Positions 28,996 through 38,177 of a DNA stretch of 50,454 nt are shown here, piece after piece. The stretch is from Candidatus Gottesmanbacteria bacterium RBG_16_52_11 (lineage in GTDB: Bacteria > Patescibacteriota > Microgenomatia > UBA10105 > UBA927): positions 116,876 through 167,329 of the forward strand of contig MFJD01000004.1 in the NCBI GenBank assembly GCA_001779095.1. Reading direction: 5' to 3'. Under the pieces are notes generated by a model that was given only the letters and a program-made list of their open reading frames with translations, searched no databases and was not told the origin of the DNA. Each line of letters starts with the position of its first letter. Positions within the stretch are counted from its first letter, which is position 1. The position numbers and the translations under genes are program-made.

Positions 28996-31314
28996 ATGGG
29001 ACCGGACATCGCCGCTATCGTCAGATTCTGGGGTGTCCTGTTTGCCGTCGGCGCAGCCGCTTATCCGCTGACCCGCCGCCTGTTTCCGGCCTGGCAGACC
29101 CGGGGTTACCTTCTGGCCAAGGCAGTCGGGCTGGTAACTATCTCCTTCATCGTGTGGACGGGTGCGCATTTCCGGATCATGCCGTTTACTACTGTCAGTG
29201 TCGTGATTGCAGCGGCAGCGGTATTTGCCGTGGGGGTAGCGGCCGGCCGCAGCCGCGGTAGTCTGAAGGGGCATAAGCCGTCTGTGCCGGTTGCAGTAAC
29301 TGCAGCGGCAATCATGCGGGAAGAAATGTTCTTTTTCCTGGCGTTTCTCACCTGGGCCCTGGTCAAGGGCCATGAACCCAGCATCCACGGGCTCGAGAAA
29401 TTCATGGATTTCGGTTTCGCCCGCACGATTTTAAACAGCACGTTCCTGCCGCCGCCCGACCTATGGTGGGCCGGGGGAACCATTAATTACTACTATTTCG
29501 GCCACTATGTCATGGCACTTCTCACGAAAGTTTCCGGCGTGCCGCTGGAGGTAACTTTCAATCTGATGCTGGCAGCGCTGTTTGCCTTCACTCTCACCAT
29601 GTCGTATGCCATAGCCATAATGATAGCCCGTACCGGATTCGCGGTCCGAGGTCAGGCAGATGAACATAAACACCGGCTTCCGGTTCTTCTGACCGGAGTA
29701 CTGGCAGCGCTTCTGGTAACGCTGGCCGGGAACATGCAGACCCTGTATGCATTCACGAAAGGGTATACCGGAGAGGACGTTAAACCGTTCTGGGAATTAT
29801 TATGGACCCCGGCGGAATTTCCGGAGCGCCTGACCGAGGGCCTTGACCGGTACTGGTATGCCAACGCCACCAGGTTCATTCCTTTCACCATCCACGAATT
29901 TCCCAGTTATTCATTCGTGGTTTCCGATATTCACGGCCACGTACTATCACTGCCGTTTGTCCTTTTGGCAATTGCCTTCATCATCCAGATGTTTGCCGTC
30001 AGGGATTACGGCGGCAGGGAGGACGGAGTGAGCTGGGAACGGCCGTTTGTCTACGGAATACTGGTTGCCGTCCTGTTCATGACCAATGCGCTGGACGGAC
30101 TGATATATTTCGGACTTTTTGTGACAGGCGCCCTGTTTATCCCCGGTAACGGTAAATTCCGGCTGAAACAAATCGGCGCCACAATCGCGCCGGCACTGGT
30201 TGCCATACCGGCTGTCTGGCCGTTTCTGAATAATTTCTCGTCTTTCGTATCCGGACTGGCTGTCAACTGCCCGCCGGCCATACTGGCCAACCGGAAAATC
30301 GGTCCGTTCCTGTTCGAAACCGTTGATAAGTGCCAGAAATCTCCGGTCTGGATGATGTGGCTTTTGTGGGGGTTTTTCATATTCTGCGCCGTCTCGCTTT
30401 TCCTTCCCGCACTGAAACAACTGATTCCCGGCTGGTTCGGCAGAAACCGCAGTCCGGCCGGCCGGCAGACGCACGGAAATGTCATGGATAAACTGTTGGC
30501 GCTGATTTTCCTGTACTGCCTGGGCCTGATCATTTTCCCGGAGTTTTTTTATTTCAAGGATATTTATCCGGCTCATTTCCGCAGCAACACCATGTTCAAA
30601 CTGGGTTACCAGGCCTTCATCATGTTTTCGCTGATTAGCTCATATGCCATCAGCACGGTTATTTTCAACAAAGGTATAGCCAGGTCTTCCGGGAAGAAGA
30701 TCGGACGGGTGATTTTTGCGTGCCTCCTGATTCCGCAGCTGTTTCTGGTGTCCATTTATCCGTTATTCAGTGTCCGGTCATACTTCGACAGCCTGAAGAC
30801 CTGGCGGAGTCTGAACGGCTTCCGGTGGCTGCGGGAGGAATACCCGGATGATGCGGCAGGTATCGCCTGGCTGGAAGCACATGCGGAGGATGATATGCGG
30901 CGGGCAACCGTTAATCCGGACTGTTACATCTTCTCCGATGCCAGGACCATTCCGCGTCAGCTATGCAGCCGGACACTCCCTGTAGTTGCCGAGGCAGACG
31001 GCGACAGTTATACCGATTACGCCCGGGTGAGCGCATTTACCGGAGTGCCGACCGTAATCGGTTGGCCGGTGCATGAATGGTTGTGGCGGGGTTCGTATGA
31101 TATCGTTGCGCCGCGCCGGGAGGATGTCAGGGTGCTTTACGAAGATGACAGTCCAGCCAAGACGGCTGACGTGATCGCGCGGTATAATATCACCTACGTT
31201 TTCGTCGGCACCCTGGAACGGCAGAAATTCGAAAGACTGAACGAGGATAAATTCAGGCGCATCGGCCGGCAGGTATTCAGCCAGGGACAGACAGCCGTTT
31301 ATCAGATTCCGTAA
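28996..31314 (+). CDS. DUF2298 (YYY-motif) membrane protein
   Basis: EKFMDFGF, INYYYFGH, EFPSYSFVVSDIHGH, NTMFKLGYQ, GWPVHEWLWR. Confidence 0.85.
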   Translation: MGPDIAAIVRFWGVLFAVGAAAYPLTRRLFPAWQTRGYLLAKAVGLVTISFIVWTGAHFRIMPFTTVSVVIAAAAVFAVGVAAGRSRGSLKGHKPSVPVAVTAAAIMREEMFFFLAFLTWALVKGHEPSIHGLEKFMDFGFARTILNSTFLPPPDLWWAGGTINYYYFGHYVMALLTKVSGVPLEVTFNLMLAALFAFTLTMSYAIAIMIARTGFAVRGQADEHKHRLPVLLTGVLAALLVTLAGNMQTLYAFTKGYTGEDVKPFWELLWTPAEFPERLTEGLDRYWYANATRFIPFTIHEFPSYSFVVSDIHGHVLSLPFVLLAIAFIIQMFAVRDYGGREDGVSWERPFVYGILVAVLFMTNALDGLIYFGLFVTGALFIPGNGKFRLKQIGATIAPALVAIPAVWPFLNNFSSFVSGLAVNCPPAILANRKIGPFLFETVDKCQKSPVWMMWLLWGFFIFCAVSLFLPALKQLIPGWFGRNRSPAGRQTHGNVMDKLLALIFLYCLGLIIFPEFFYFKDIYPAHFRSNTMFKLGYQAFIMFSLISSYAISTVIFNKGIARSSGKKIGRVIFACLLIPQLFLVSIYPLFSVRSYFDSLKTWRSLNGFRWLREEYPDDAAGIAWLEAHAEDDMRRATVNPDCYIFSDARTIPRQLCSRTLPVVAEADGDSYTDYARVSAFTGVPTVIGWPVHEWLWRGSYDIVAPRREDVRVLYEDDSPAKTADVIARYNITYVFVGTLERQKFERLNEDKFRRIGRQVFSQGQTAVYQIP

Positions 31315-31334
31315 AATCCCGCCTGCGCCGCAGA

Positions 31335-31363
31335 TTGACAATCAGACTGTTTCGTGGTTTAAT
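31335..31363 (+). promoter_or_regulatory. rho promoter
   Basis: TTGACA-17 nt-TTTAAT with extended TG, about 150 nt of leader, AAGGAG SD. Confidence 0.65.
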
Positions 31364-31519
31364 ACGCCTTAAGAGCGACAGAACCCTCTTTTTGAAAGCA
31401 TAACCTAAGGATTTTCCCGGAGAATTGCATTACATTTGACCCATGTGCAATCCATCGTAAACCCGTACGAAATTAAGCCGTGTACCGTGCCGGTTGGTAG
31501 TCCTGTAAAGGAGTAAACT

Positions 31520-33016
31520 ATGGCCTATCGCGCCTCAACAAAAAAAACAGCAGCCAAAAAGAAACCAGTTTCCGACCAGGGGGGAAGTGAGCCTGCAGCA
31601 GCCGAACCTAAGCAGACTGAGTCTTCCGTAAGTGTGGAGGATATCGTCGGTGGCCCGGTAACACCCGCGGCAGTCCCGGAACCCGTTGCCCCGGTTCAGA
31701 AGCAGCCCGTCCAGGAGCCCCGGCGCCCGGCAGCACCCGGAATGACGCCGGTACCGTTCCGGATGGGCAGGTATCACCGGATGCCGCGCAGGGATTTCGG
31801 GGACCGCCCCGGTAGGGAAAACGGAAACGGATTTACCCAGGATATCAATGTCCCGACCGAGACTGTCCGGGGAATTCTGGACATCATTCCGGAAGGACAC
31901 GGATTTCTGCGGCCGAAATTCACTCCGAGTGAGCGTGACGTATACATTTCCCAATCACAGATCCGGAGGTTTCTCCTGAGAAACGGTGACATGGTTGAAG
32001 GTCAGGCCAGGCAGCCGAAAGACAACGAGCGGTACTGGGGACTTCTCAAAGTCGAAAAGATTAACCAGCAGGAAGCCGAAAGCATGTCCGTCCGGCCGAA
32101 ATTCGAGGACCTGGTGCCGGTTTATCCCAACAAACAGATTGTCCTGGAGACGGAAAGCTTACCTTTGTCTACCCGGATCGTCGACCTGGTCGCACCGATC
32201 GGCTTCGGTCAGCGGGGATTGGTGGTCAGTCCGCCCAAAGCCGGCAAAACAACGATTCTCAAAGAACTGGCATCCGGTATATCCGCCAATTATCCCAACG
32301 TGCACCTGATGGCGGCACTGATCGGAGAACGTCCGGAAGAGGTAACCGATATCACCCGTAACGTCAAGGGGGAAGTTCTGGCCAGCAATTTCGACGAATC
32401 GCCGGCTGATCAGACCAGGATTGCGGAAGTGGCGCTGGACCGTGCGAAGCGGTTGGTGGAGATAGGGAAAGACGTCGTTATACTTCTGGATTCGATTACC
32501 AGGCTGGCCAGGGCTTATAATCTGGTGGTTAATCCGTCCGGCCGCACGCTATCCGGAGGATTTGATCCGGCTGCTCTGTACCCGGCCAAACGGTTTCTGG
32601 GAGCAGCCCGCTGCGTGGAGCCGGTTGCTGCCGGCACATCCGGATCGGCGCAGACAACCAAGCAGGAAGAACGTTATACCACCGGCGGTTCACTGACCGT
32701 CATCGGGACAGCCCTGATTGATACCGGAAGCCGGATGGATGACCTGATTTATGAGGAGTTTAAGGGTACCGGAAACATGGAGCTGCACCTGTCGAGGTCC
32801 CTTCAGGAGCGGCGGATTTTCCCCGCTATCGACGTGGAAAAGTCCGGCACCAGGCATGACGAGCTTTTATTGGGAGAGGAACCGATGAAGAGGGTAACGA
32901 CATTGCGGCACATGCTGTCTCTTCTATCAGCCGAAGAACGGACCATGATGATGATCGACCGGCTTTCGAAAACCAAGTCGAACGCCGAATTCCTCGAATC
33001 GCTTGCCAAAGGATAG
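31520..33016 (+). CDS. rho: Transcription termination factor Rho
   Basis: GHGFLR, DVYISQSQIRRF, PPKAGKT, LLDSITRLARAYN, EEFKGTGNMEL. Confidence 0.98.
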   Translation: MAYRASTKKTAAKKKPVSDQGGSEPAAAEPKQTESSVSVEDIVGGPVTPAAVPEPVAPVQKQPVQEPRRPAAPGMTPVPFRMGRYHRMPRRDFGDRPGRENGNGFTQDINVPTETVRGILDIIPEGHGFLRPKFTPSERDVYISQSQIRRFLLRNGDMVEGQARQPKDNERYWGLLKVEKINQQEAESMSVRPKFEDLVPVYPNKQIVLETESLPLSTRIVDLVAPIGFGQRGLVVSPPKAGKTTILKELASGISANYPNVHLMAALIGERPEEVTDITRNVKGEVLASNFDESPADQTRIAEVALDRAKRLVEIGKDVVILLDSITRLARAYNLVVNPSGRTLSGGFDPAALYPAKRFLGAARCVEPVAAGTSGSAQTTKQEERYTTGGSLTVIGTALIDTGSRMDDLIYEEFKGTGNMELHLSRSLQERRIFPAIDVEKSGTRHDELLLGEEPMKRVTTLRHMLSLLSAEERTMMMIDRLSKTKSNAEFLESLAKG

Positions 33017-33081
33017 CTGTCCGTGCTGCCCCGGAAGTTTGCAAATGACCGGAGGCTCTGTTACCCTTTCTACTTGCTACG

Positions 33082-34149
33082 ATGAGGAAATGGCTTGCGA
33101 CAGTATTTGATGATATCCGGCTCTGGAGCAGGGGGTGGTACCTGTATGCAGAAAAAAAGCTCCGGCGGTTCGGAGTGGCATTTGAGAGCCAAAAATCCCT
33201 GCTGGTTGATTTCCTCATGGCCAGACGGGGCAGTTACCAGCGGCCGTTCCTCCATTTTTCCCTCGGCATCATATTCGTCGTCGGCGTCATGAGTGCGCCG
33301 CTTCTGACCAGTTCCCAGCCGAATGCCGCCAGCGAGTTTACTCCGCCTTCGGCGGTTCTGACGTCTCTCGATTTTTCCGAGTACGGCATCCAGACACAGA
33401 TTTCCGAAAAACCCCGCGATCAGGTGATTACATATGCCGTGCAACAGGGGGATACGCTCTCGGGAGTTGCCGAAAAATTCGGGATATCCGTCGACTCAGT
33501 CAAATGGGCGAACGATATCAACCGGGACGCACTGAAAGTCGGTCAGGAACTGAAAATCCCGCCGGTCACCGGAATCATCCACAAAGTCCGGGAAGGGGAG
33601 ACGGTTTATTCGATCGCCAAGAAATACAAGACCGATGCCCAGAAGATCGTCAACTTTCCGTTTAACGACTTTACCGACCTGGATACCTTTGCCTTAAGCG
33701 CCGGACAGACACTTGTCGTACCGGACGGAACGATCGCCGACGTGCCCTCACCGGTAGCCCAGGCCAGGCCGCCGGTCACGACCGGGGGGACAGGCCAGTT
33801 CCAGTGGCCGACCAACGGATCCGTATCCCAGTATCCGATCTGGTACCATATGGCCGTCGATATCGCCAACAACAGCGCTCCGCCGGTCGTAGCGGCAGAT
33901 TCCGGTACGGTCGTCGTGGTGCAGTACCTGCGGTACGGTTACGGATTCCATGTCATTATCGATCACGGCAACGGATTCCAGACGCTCTACGGGCATATGT
34001 CGGAAATTTACGTCGATCCGGGTGACGGCGTGAAGCGGGGCCAGATGATCGGTAAAATGGGATCGACCGGAAGGTCAACCGGCACTCATCTCCATTTCGA
34101 AGTCCGCAAAGGCGGTAGCGCTATAAATCCTTTAGGTTATTTAAAATAA
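33082..34149 (+). CDS. LysM x2 / M23 metallopeptidase
   Basis: TM helix, two LysM repeats, HMAVD (HxxxD), YGH and HLH motifs. Confidence 0.93.
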   Translation: MRKWLATVFDDIRLWSRGWYLYAEKKLRRFGVAFESQKSLLVDFLMARRGSYQRPFLHFSLGIIFVVGVMSAPLLTSSQPNAASEFTPPSAVLTSLDFSEYGIQTQISEKPRDQVITYAVQQGDTLSGVAEKFGISVDSVKWANDINRDALKVGQELKIPPVTGIIHKVREGETVYSIAKKYKTDAQKIVNFPFNDFTDLDTFALSAGQTLVVPDGTIADVPSPVAQARPPVTTGGTGQFQWPTNGSVSQYPIWYHMAVDIANNSAPPVVAADSGTVVVVQYLRYGYGFHVIIDHGNGFQTLYGHMSEIYVDPGDGVKRGQMIGKMGSTGRSTGTHLHFEVRKGGSAINPLGYLK

Positions 34150-34237
34150 TTTGTCTCCCGTAATGCATTTATTATTCATTAAGACTCATAGTCTATCATA
34201 TATTGCACATGGGGTAGTTCTTTAGTACAGTATTAAT

Positions 34238-34966
34238 ATGCCCAGATACGCCGACTATTTAATAGAGCGTATTAGGTATTTAAGAATTAAAGGGAATTCG
34301 TATGGTGAAATCCAAAAGGCAGTGAGGATTCGTATTCCAAAGAGTTCTTTAAGCTATATTTGTCGGAATGTTCGGTTACCAGATGAATATATTGAACGTA
34401 TTCAGAAGTTAAGCAGTGCGGGTTTATCCAAAGGCAGACTAATTGCAGTAGAAACAAACCGGATCAAACGGGAAAAATTCTTCCGGGATTTAGTACAACA
34501 GTATGCTCCAACTGCTAAATTAACTCATTCTGTAGATATTGGGAAAATTGCCTTATCCATGCTTTGCCTGGGCGAAGCTTCGAAATATAATCCGAAAACG
34601 CGCAAAAGTTTTAGCTTGGGGAATTCAGATCCAAGAATTATTGTGATTTTTATCCGTCTGTTACGACAATGCTTTCCATTCGATATAAATAAAATGCGGG
34701 CCACAGTACAGTGCCGGGCTGACCAGGACCCGGTGGAGCTGAAAAGATTTTGGATTAAGTCAACCGGTATACCAGAACACCTATTTTATAAACCATTAAT
34801 CGATAATCGCACAATTGGAAAACCAACGAAGAAGCATAACTATATGGGGGTTCTACGGATAGATTATTTTGACACAAAGGTTCAGCTGGAATTGGAGTGT
34901 TTAGCGGATTTGATTTATAATCAACTACGTTTAAATGAATCAGATGGGCCGGTGGCGCAACGGTAG
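34238..34966 (+). CDS. HTH + LAGLIDADG-like (homing-endonuclease-like) protein, tRNA-associated
   Basis: N-terminal HTH (GNSYGEIQ...IPKSSLSY), LCLGEAS helix followed by NSDP and FW..TGIP. Very basic and AT-rich. Confidence 0.6.
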   Translation: MPRYADYLIERIRYLRIKGNSYGEIQKAVRIRIPKSSLSYICRNVRLPDEYIERIQKLSSAGLSKGRLIAVETNRIKREKFFRDLVQQYAPTAKLTHSVDIGKIALSMLCLGEASKYNPKTRKSFSLGNSDPRIIVIFIRLLRQCFPFDINKMRATVQCRADQDPVELKRFWIKSTGIPEHLFYKPLIDNRTIGKPTKKHNYMGVLRIDYFDTKVQLELECLADLIYNQLRLNESDGPVAQR

Positions 34967-35017
34967 CGCGCCTCGATGGCATCGAGGAGGCTGAGAGTTC
35001 GAATCTCTTCCGGTCCA
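34946..35017 (+). tRNA. tRNA-Ala(GGC)
   Basis: Cloverleaf GGGCCGG/CCGGTCC with G3:U70, anticodon loop ATGGCAT (A32-U38), T-loop TTCGAAT. CCA not encoded (ACCG). Confidence 0.95.
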
Positions 35018-35057
35018 CCGCGTCAAATCCCACATACGGGACACGTGGTTAATTCGG

Positions 35058-35128
35058 GGGCCTATAGGTAAACGGTATACCGCAGTCTTCGCATGGCTGA
35101 GTTCCGAGTTCGATTCTCGGTAGGTCCA
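35058..35128 (+). tRNA. tRNA-Ala(CGC)
   Basis: GGGCCTA/TAGGTCC with G3:U70, anticodon loop TTCGCAT, T-loop TTCGATT. CCA not encoded. Confidence 0.93.
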
Positions 35129-35129
35129 C

Positions 35130-35211
35130 AACGTAAATCCCTTCGGCAAGCTCGGGACACGTTGCAAGCCAACGTAAATCCCTTCGGCAAGCTCGGGACA
35201 CATTGCAAGCC
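35130..35211 (+). repeat. Two tandem 41-bp REP-like hairpin repeats
   Basis: AACGTAAATCCCTTCGGCAAGCTCGGGACAC(G/A)TTGCAAGCC x2, one mismatch. Confidence 0.9.
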
Positions 35212-35240
35212 AACGCGTTAGAACCGGACGTTGTTTCCCC

Positions 35241-36356
35241 CTACACGTACACGTACCTGCGGTATTTTTTATTGCCGAAGAGAATAACGGGAAACAGGAG
35301 CATGGCCAGTCCTAAAAGGAAATATATGAAAAACGGTTTTCCTTCCCAGACAAAACTGGCCCAGGCGGCTCCCAAACCGATTACCCGTCCCAATGTCAGG
35401 ATCAGTTCCCGTCCGGGTATGGCTTTGGTCAGTTCTACGCCGCTGTCCACTACCATAGCCGTAGTCAGGGTCCAGAAAACCGGTAACAGGAACTGAACTG
35501 ACGCCGTCAGAATAAGCCAGGATGATACATCTCCGCCGCCGGCGGCAAACAGAAACGTCAGTGCCGAGAGGGCCATGGTAATAGGATAGAGAAAAACGGC
35601 GCGCTTACGCATCCGGTCGGTCACGGACCCCAGGGTCATGGTAGCGACAGCCCCGACCAGCGACAGGAAAGCCAGGTATGTACCGTAGCCGGCCGGTGAC
35701 CGGATAAAGTAGAGGGTATAGAAGGGAATAATCCCGAATACCAGAGTTTCCCAGATACCCTCAAGAAACAGGAGGGTCCGGATGGACCGGATTGACGCCA
35801 GACTTTCACGGACGGAATAGTCCAGCACAAAATCCCGCTGCCGGGGAATGAGAAATAGTACCGGCAGCAGAAATACCAGGGAAAATGCCCAGATATAATT
35901 CATCGAGACGCTGGCCAGAGCGCCGGCTAAAAGCGGCGCCAGCACGGAGATAATAGTATTGGAGGTGAACATCATCGCAGAATTGCGGCCGGTCTTTTCC
36001 GGGGTACCGGCCGAAAAATACCCGACGTTGAACGGTAGGAAAAAGAAGTAGGCTGTCGTGCCGGCAAGAACCGAAGCCAGGTAAAACTGCCATGACGAAG
36101 TAATCCGGATGATAAGCATCAGGGACAGCATCGAGACGAGCGTAGCCAGAAGATAAGAACTCCGGGACCGCAGGCGGGTGAAAACAGTGAGGAGGGCGAT
36201 CTGTCCGGCGAAGTAGAAGGTCAAACCACCCATCATATCCGACAGGGTTATCCCCTGAGCAAGGTAATGGGTCGGCAGGATGGCACCTGAGAAAGTCCTC
36301 AACCACACGTAGGCGATAAGGAATACCAGAGGTCCGGTGACCGGATTATTACGCAT
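35241..36356 (-). CDS. MFS transporter
   Basis: About 12 TM and a GSVTDRMRKR MFS loop motif. Confidence 0.8.
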   Translation of the reverse strand: MRNNPVTGPLVFLIAYVWLRTFSGAILPTHYLAQGITLSDMMGGLTFYFAGQIALLTVFTRLRSRSSYLLATLVSMLSLMLIIRITSSWQFYLASVLAGTTAYFFFLPFNVGYFSAGTPEKTGRNSAMMFTSNTIISVLAPLLAGALASVSMNYIWAFSLVFLLPVLFLIPRQRDFVLDYSVRESLASIRSIRTLLFLEGIWETLVFGIIPFYTLYFIRSPAGYGTYLAFLSLVGAVATMTLGSVTDRMRKRAVFLYPITMALSALTFLFAAGGGDVSSWLILTASVQFLLPVFWTLTTAMVVDSGVELTKAIPGRELILTLGRVIGLGAAWASFVWEGKPFFIYFLLGLAMLLFPVILFGNKKYRRYVYV

Positions 36357-36484
36357 GAAGAAATTGTACACGTGTCCTGCCGGCTGCCGCCAGAGCCGGT
36401 TTGACAGCGGTCAGCAATTCGGGATAATCCGTCAGACACTAAAAAGAAGCCCGTCAGTCAGCTCTCGTAAACCAACCGGCTTCT

Positions 36485-36709
36485 TCAGCGGGAGATCGAG
36501 GCACCGGCGACCGTAGGCGACTCACTGAGTGCCCGGTTGACGAACGTGCCGACGATGGCTCCGACCCCGAGCATCAGGGCGAAGGCAACGACGAACATCC
36601 AGCCCTGGACCATGACGTATGCGTCCTCCGCGGTCCTTCCGGACTTGATGGTCCTTCCGGCTTTCGCCGGTTTGTGGTGGCGCACTTTTCGTGCTTTCTT
36701 TTTGGCCAT
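36485..36709 (-). CDS. Small single-TM membrane protein with basic N-terminus
   Basis: 74 aa. TTGACA-17 nt-CAAACT promoter lies 6 nt before the ATG. Confidence 0.75.
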   Translation of the reverse strand: MAKKKARKVRHHKPAKAGRTIKSGRTAEDAYVMVQGWMFVVAFALMLGVGAIVGTFVNRALSESPTVAGASISR

Positions 36710-37060
36710 ATAACCAGTTTGCTGTGGTTTGAATCACTTGTCAAGAGGTAGAGAAGGGGAGGGGAAGGAGAATTTTCTGATACTTTTCAGATACCAAAAT
36801 GGTCATAATAATACCTATAATAATAATTGTCGCAGATATCTGTCATCAGATCCGTGCGTAGTATATATCTTATAGTATTTGACCACTACCCCTGAATTTA
36901 GTACAATCAGCAGATTCTGGTAATCTATTGCCTGTTTCAGCAGTCTGATACGGGCAGTTTATCTTTTAATACCCGATAGTATTTGAATGCAGCAGCAATC
37001 CGACAGTCTGAGCGATCGCTCAATACATTCGACACTGTCCGGGATAAGTAAAAAAATAGT

Positions 37061-38002
37061 ATGCCATTAGGAGAATCGGATAGAGATGGAATAGGGCCTT
37101 GGTTTGAGGCCGGCAGCGGGTTGGGACCTGAAGCAAAGCAGGTTGCCGGTTGTCCTCCGCAGGTGTACGAAGCATGCCAGGAAGCGCGGCAGGAAAACCG
37201 GGTCGTTTGTTACCACGGTACCACCTTATATACTTTTCTTCTGCCGGAAATACTTGATGCTATCCGGGGAGGAGGATACGGCAATCGGGCACGCGGCATC
37301 ATGTCGTTTAATGAAGCGGTACGAAGGGGAATTGACCGGTATATCTTCACCAGGCCGGCGTACGCTAATAATGCCAATGTTCCCAAAACCGGTGGGGCCT
37401 TGTGGGTTGCCCTCCAAAGCCATAATAGTTCTGACGGCGAAGCATATCTGGCGGCTGTCGAGAAGATACAAAATAAACTTGCTGATCATGGCGGATGGGA
37501 TCCTGAATACGGCAGATTCCGGATACGGCAGGAAACACGGGAACTTGAAACCGGACACACCGGCAGAGCCGCCGGAAACCGGGCGCAGAACGGTTTGCAG
37601 GAAATTAGCTATGAAAAGCAGCGGATTGCCGCCTGGAAAGGGATTGAAGAAGCAGTCGGTCCCGAATGGGCAGACCTGATTCAGGCAGCTCTCACAACTC
37701 CGGTTGTTATGGAGTTTATGGTTGCCGACCTGACCAGAGATACCTACAGGACAAATGCTACTTGGCCGTCGGTCGGAGCCAGAATGAGAAACGAATTCCT
37801 GTCATTTAACAGAGTACAGCGGGTTTATACACCGGACTATACGCATCCTGAGCTGGTCCAGGCGCTTGAGTCAGCGCTGCCGAACGGCGAAGTGGTTATA
37901 GCAAATGATCCGAATCAAAACTCCGGGGCTATACCAGTCGGATCGGATTCAGTGTTTGCGCCTAATCCCCACAGTCAACCTGATCGCATTTCCGTAGAAT
38001 AA
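37061..38002 (+). CDS. Hypothetical protein, possible ADP-ribosyltransferase-like fold
   Basis: 313-aa ORF with YHGT motif. Promoter TTGACC-17 nt-TACAAT at 36879-36907. Confidence 0.55.
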   Translation: MPLGESDRDGIGPWFEAGSGLGPEAKQVAGCPPQVYEACQEARQENRVVCYHGTTLYTFLLPEILDAIRGGGYGNRARGIMSFNEAVRRGIDRYIFTRPAYANNANVPKTGGALWVALQSHNSSDGEAYLAAVEKIQNKLADHGGWDPEYGRFRIRQETRELETGHTGRAAGNRAQNGLQEISYEKQRIAAWKGIEEAVGPEWADLIQAALTTPVVMEFMVADLTRDTYRTNATWPSVGARMRNEFLSFNRVQRVYTPDYTHPELVQALESALPNGEVVIANDPNQNSGAIPVGSDSVFAPNPHSQPDRISVE

Positions 38003-38134
38003 AAAAGTATCAACCGGTTTGACGGCTCATGCATAAGGCTGAAAAATAATAAGTGCTGTTTGCCTACTTATAGTATAATTGTATTGTTCTGACAACGCCT
38101 TGTCCCACATAGTTTAAGCGGTGTGGGAAATTAC

Positions 38135-38160
38135 AACCGGCCAAGAATGGCCGGTTTTTT
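38135..38160 (+). terminator. Intrinsic terminator/attenuator directly before a gene start
   Basis: AACCGGCCA-AGAA-TGGCCGGTT followed by TTTT. Confidence 0.7.
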
Positions 38161-38177
38161 GGTGGGGAAAGGGGGTG

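Noticed and set aside
35130..35215. Repeats as a CRISPR array
   Set aside because: Two directly tandem units with no unique spacers and no cas genes.
34150..35240. Prophage or integrative element at tRNA-Ala
   Set aside because: No integrase and no duplicated tRNA end (att site) was found in the window.
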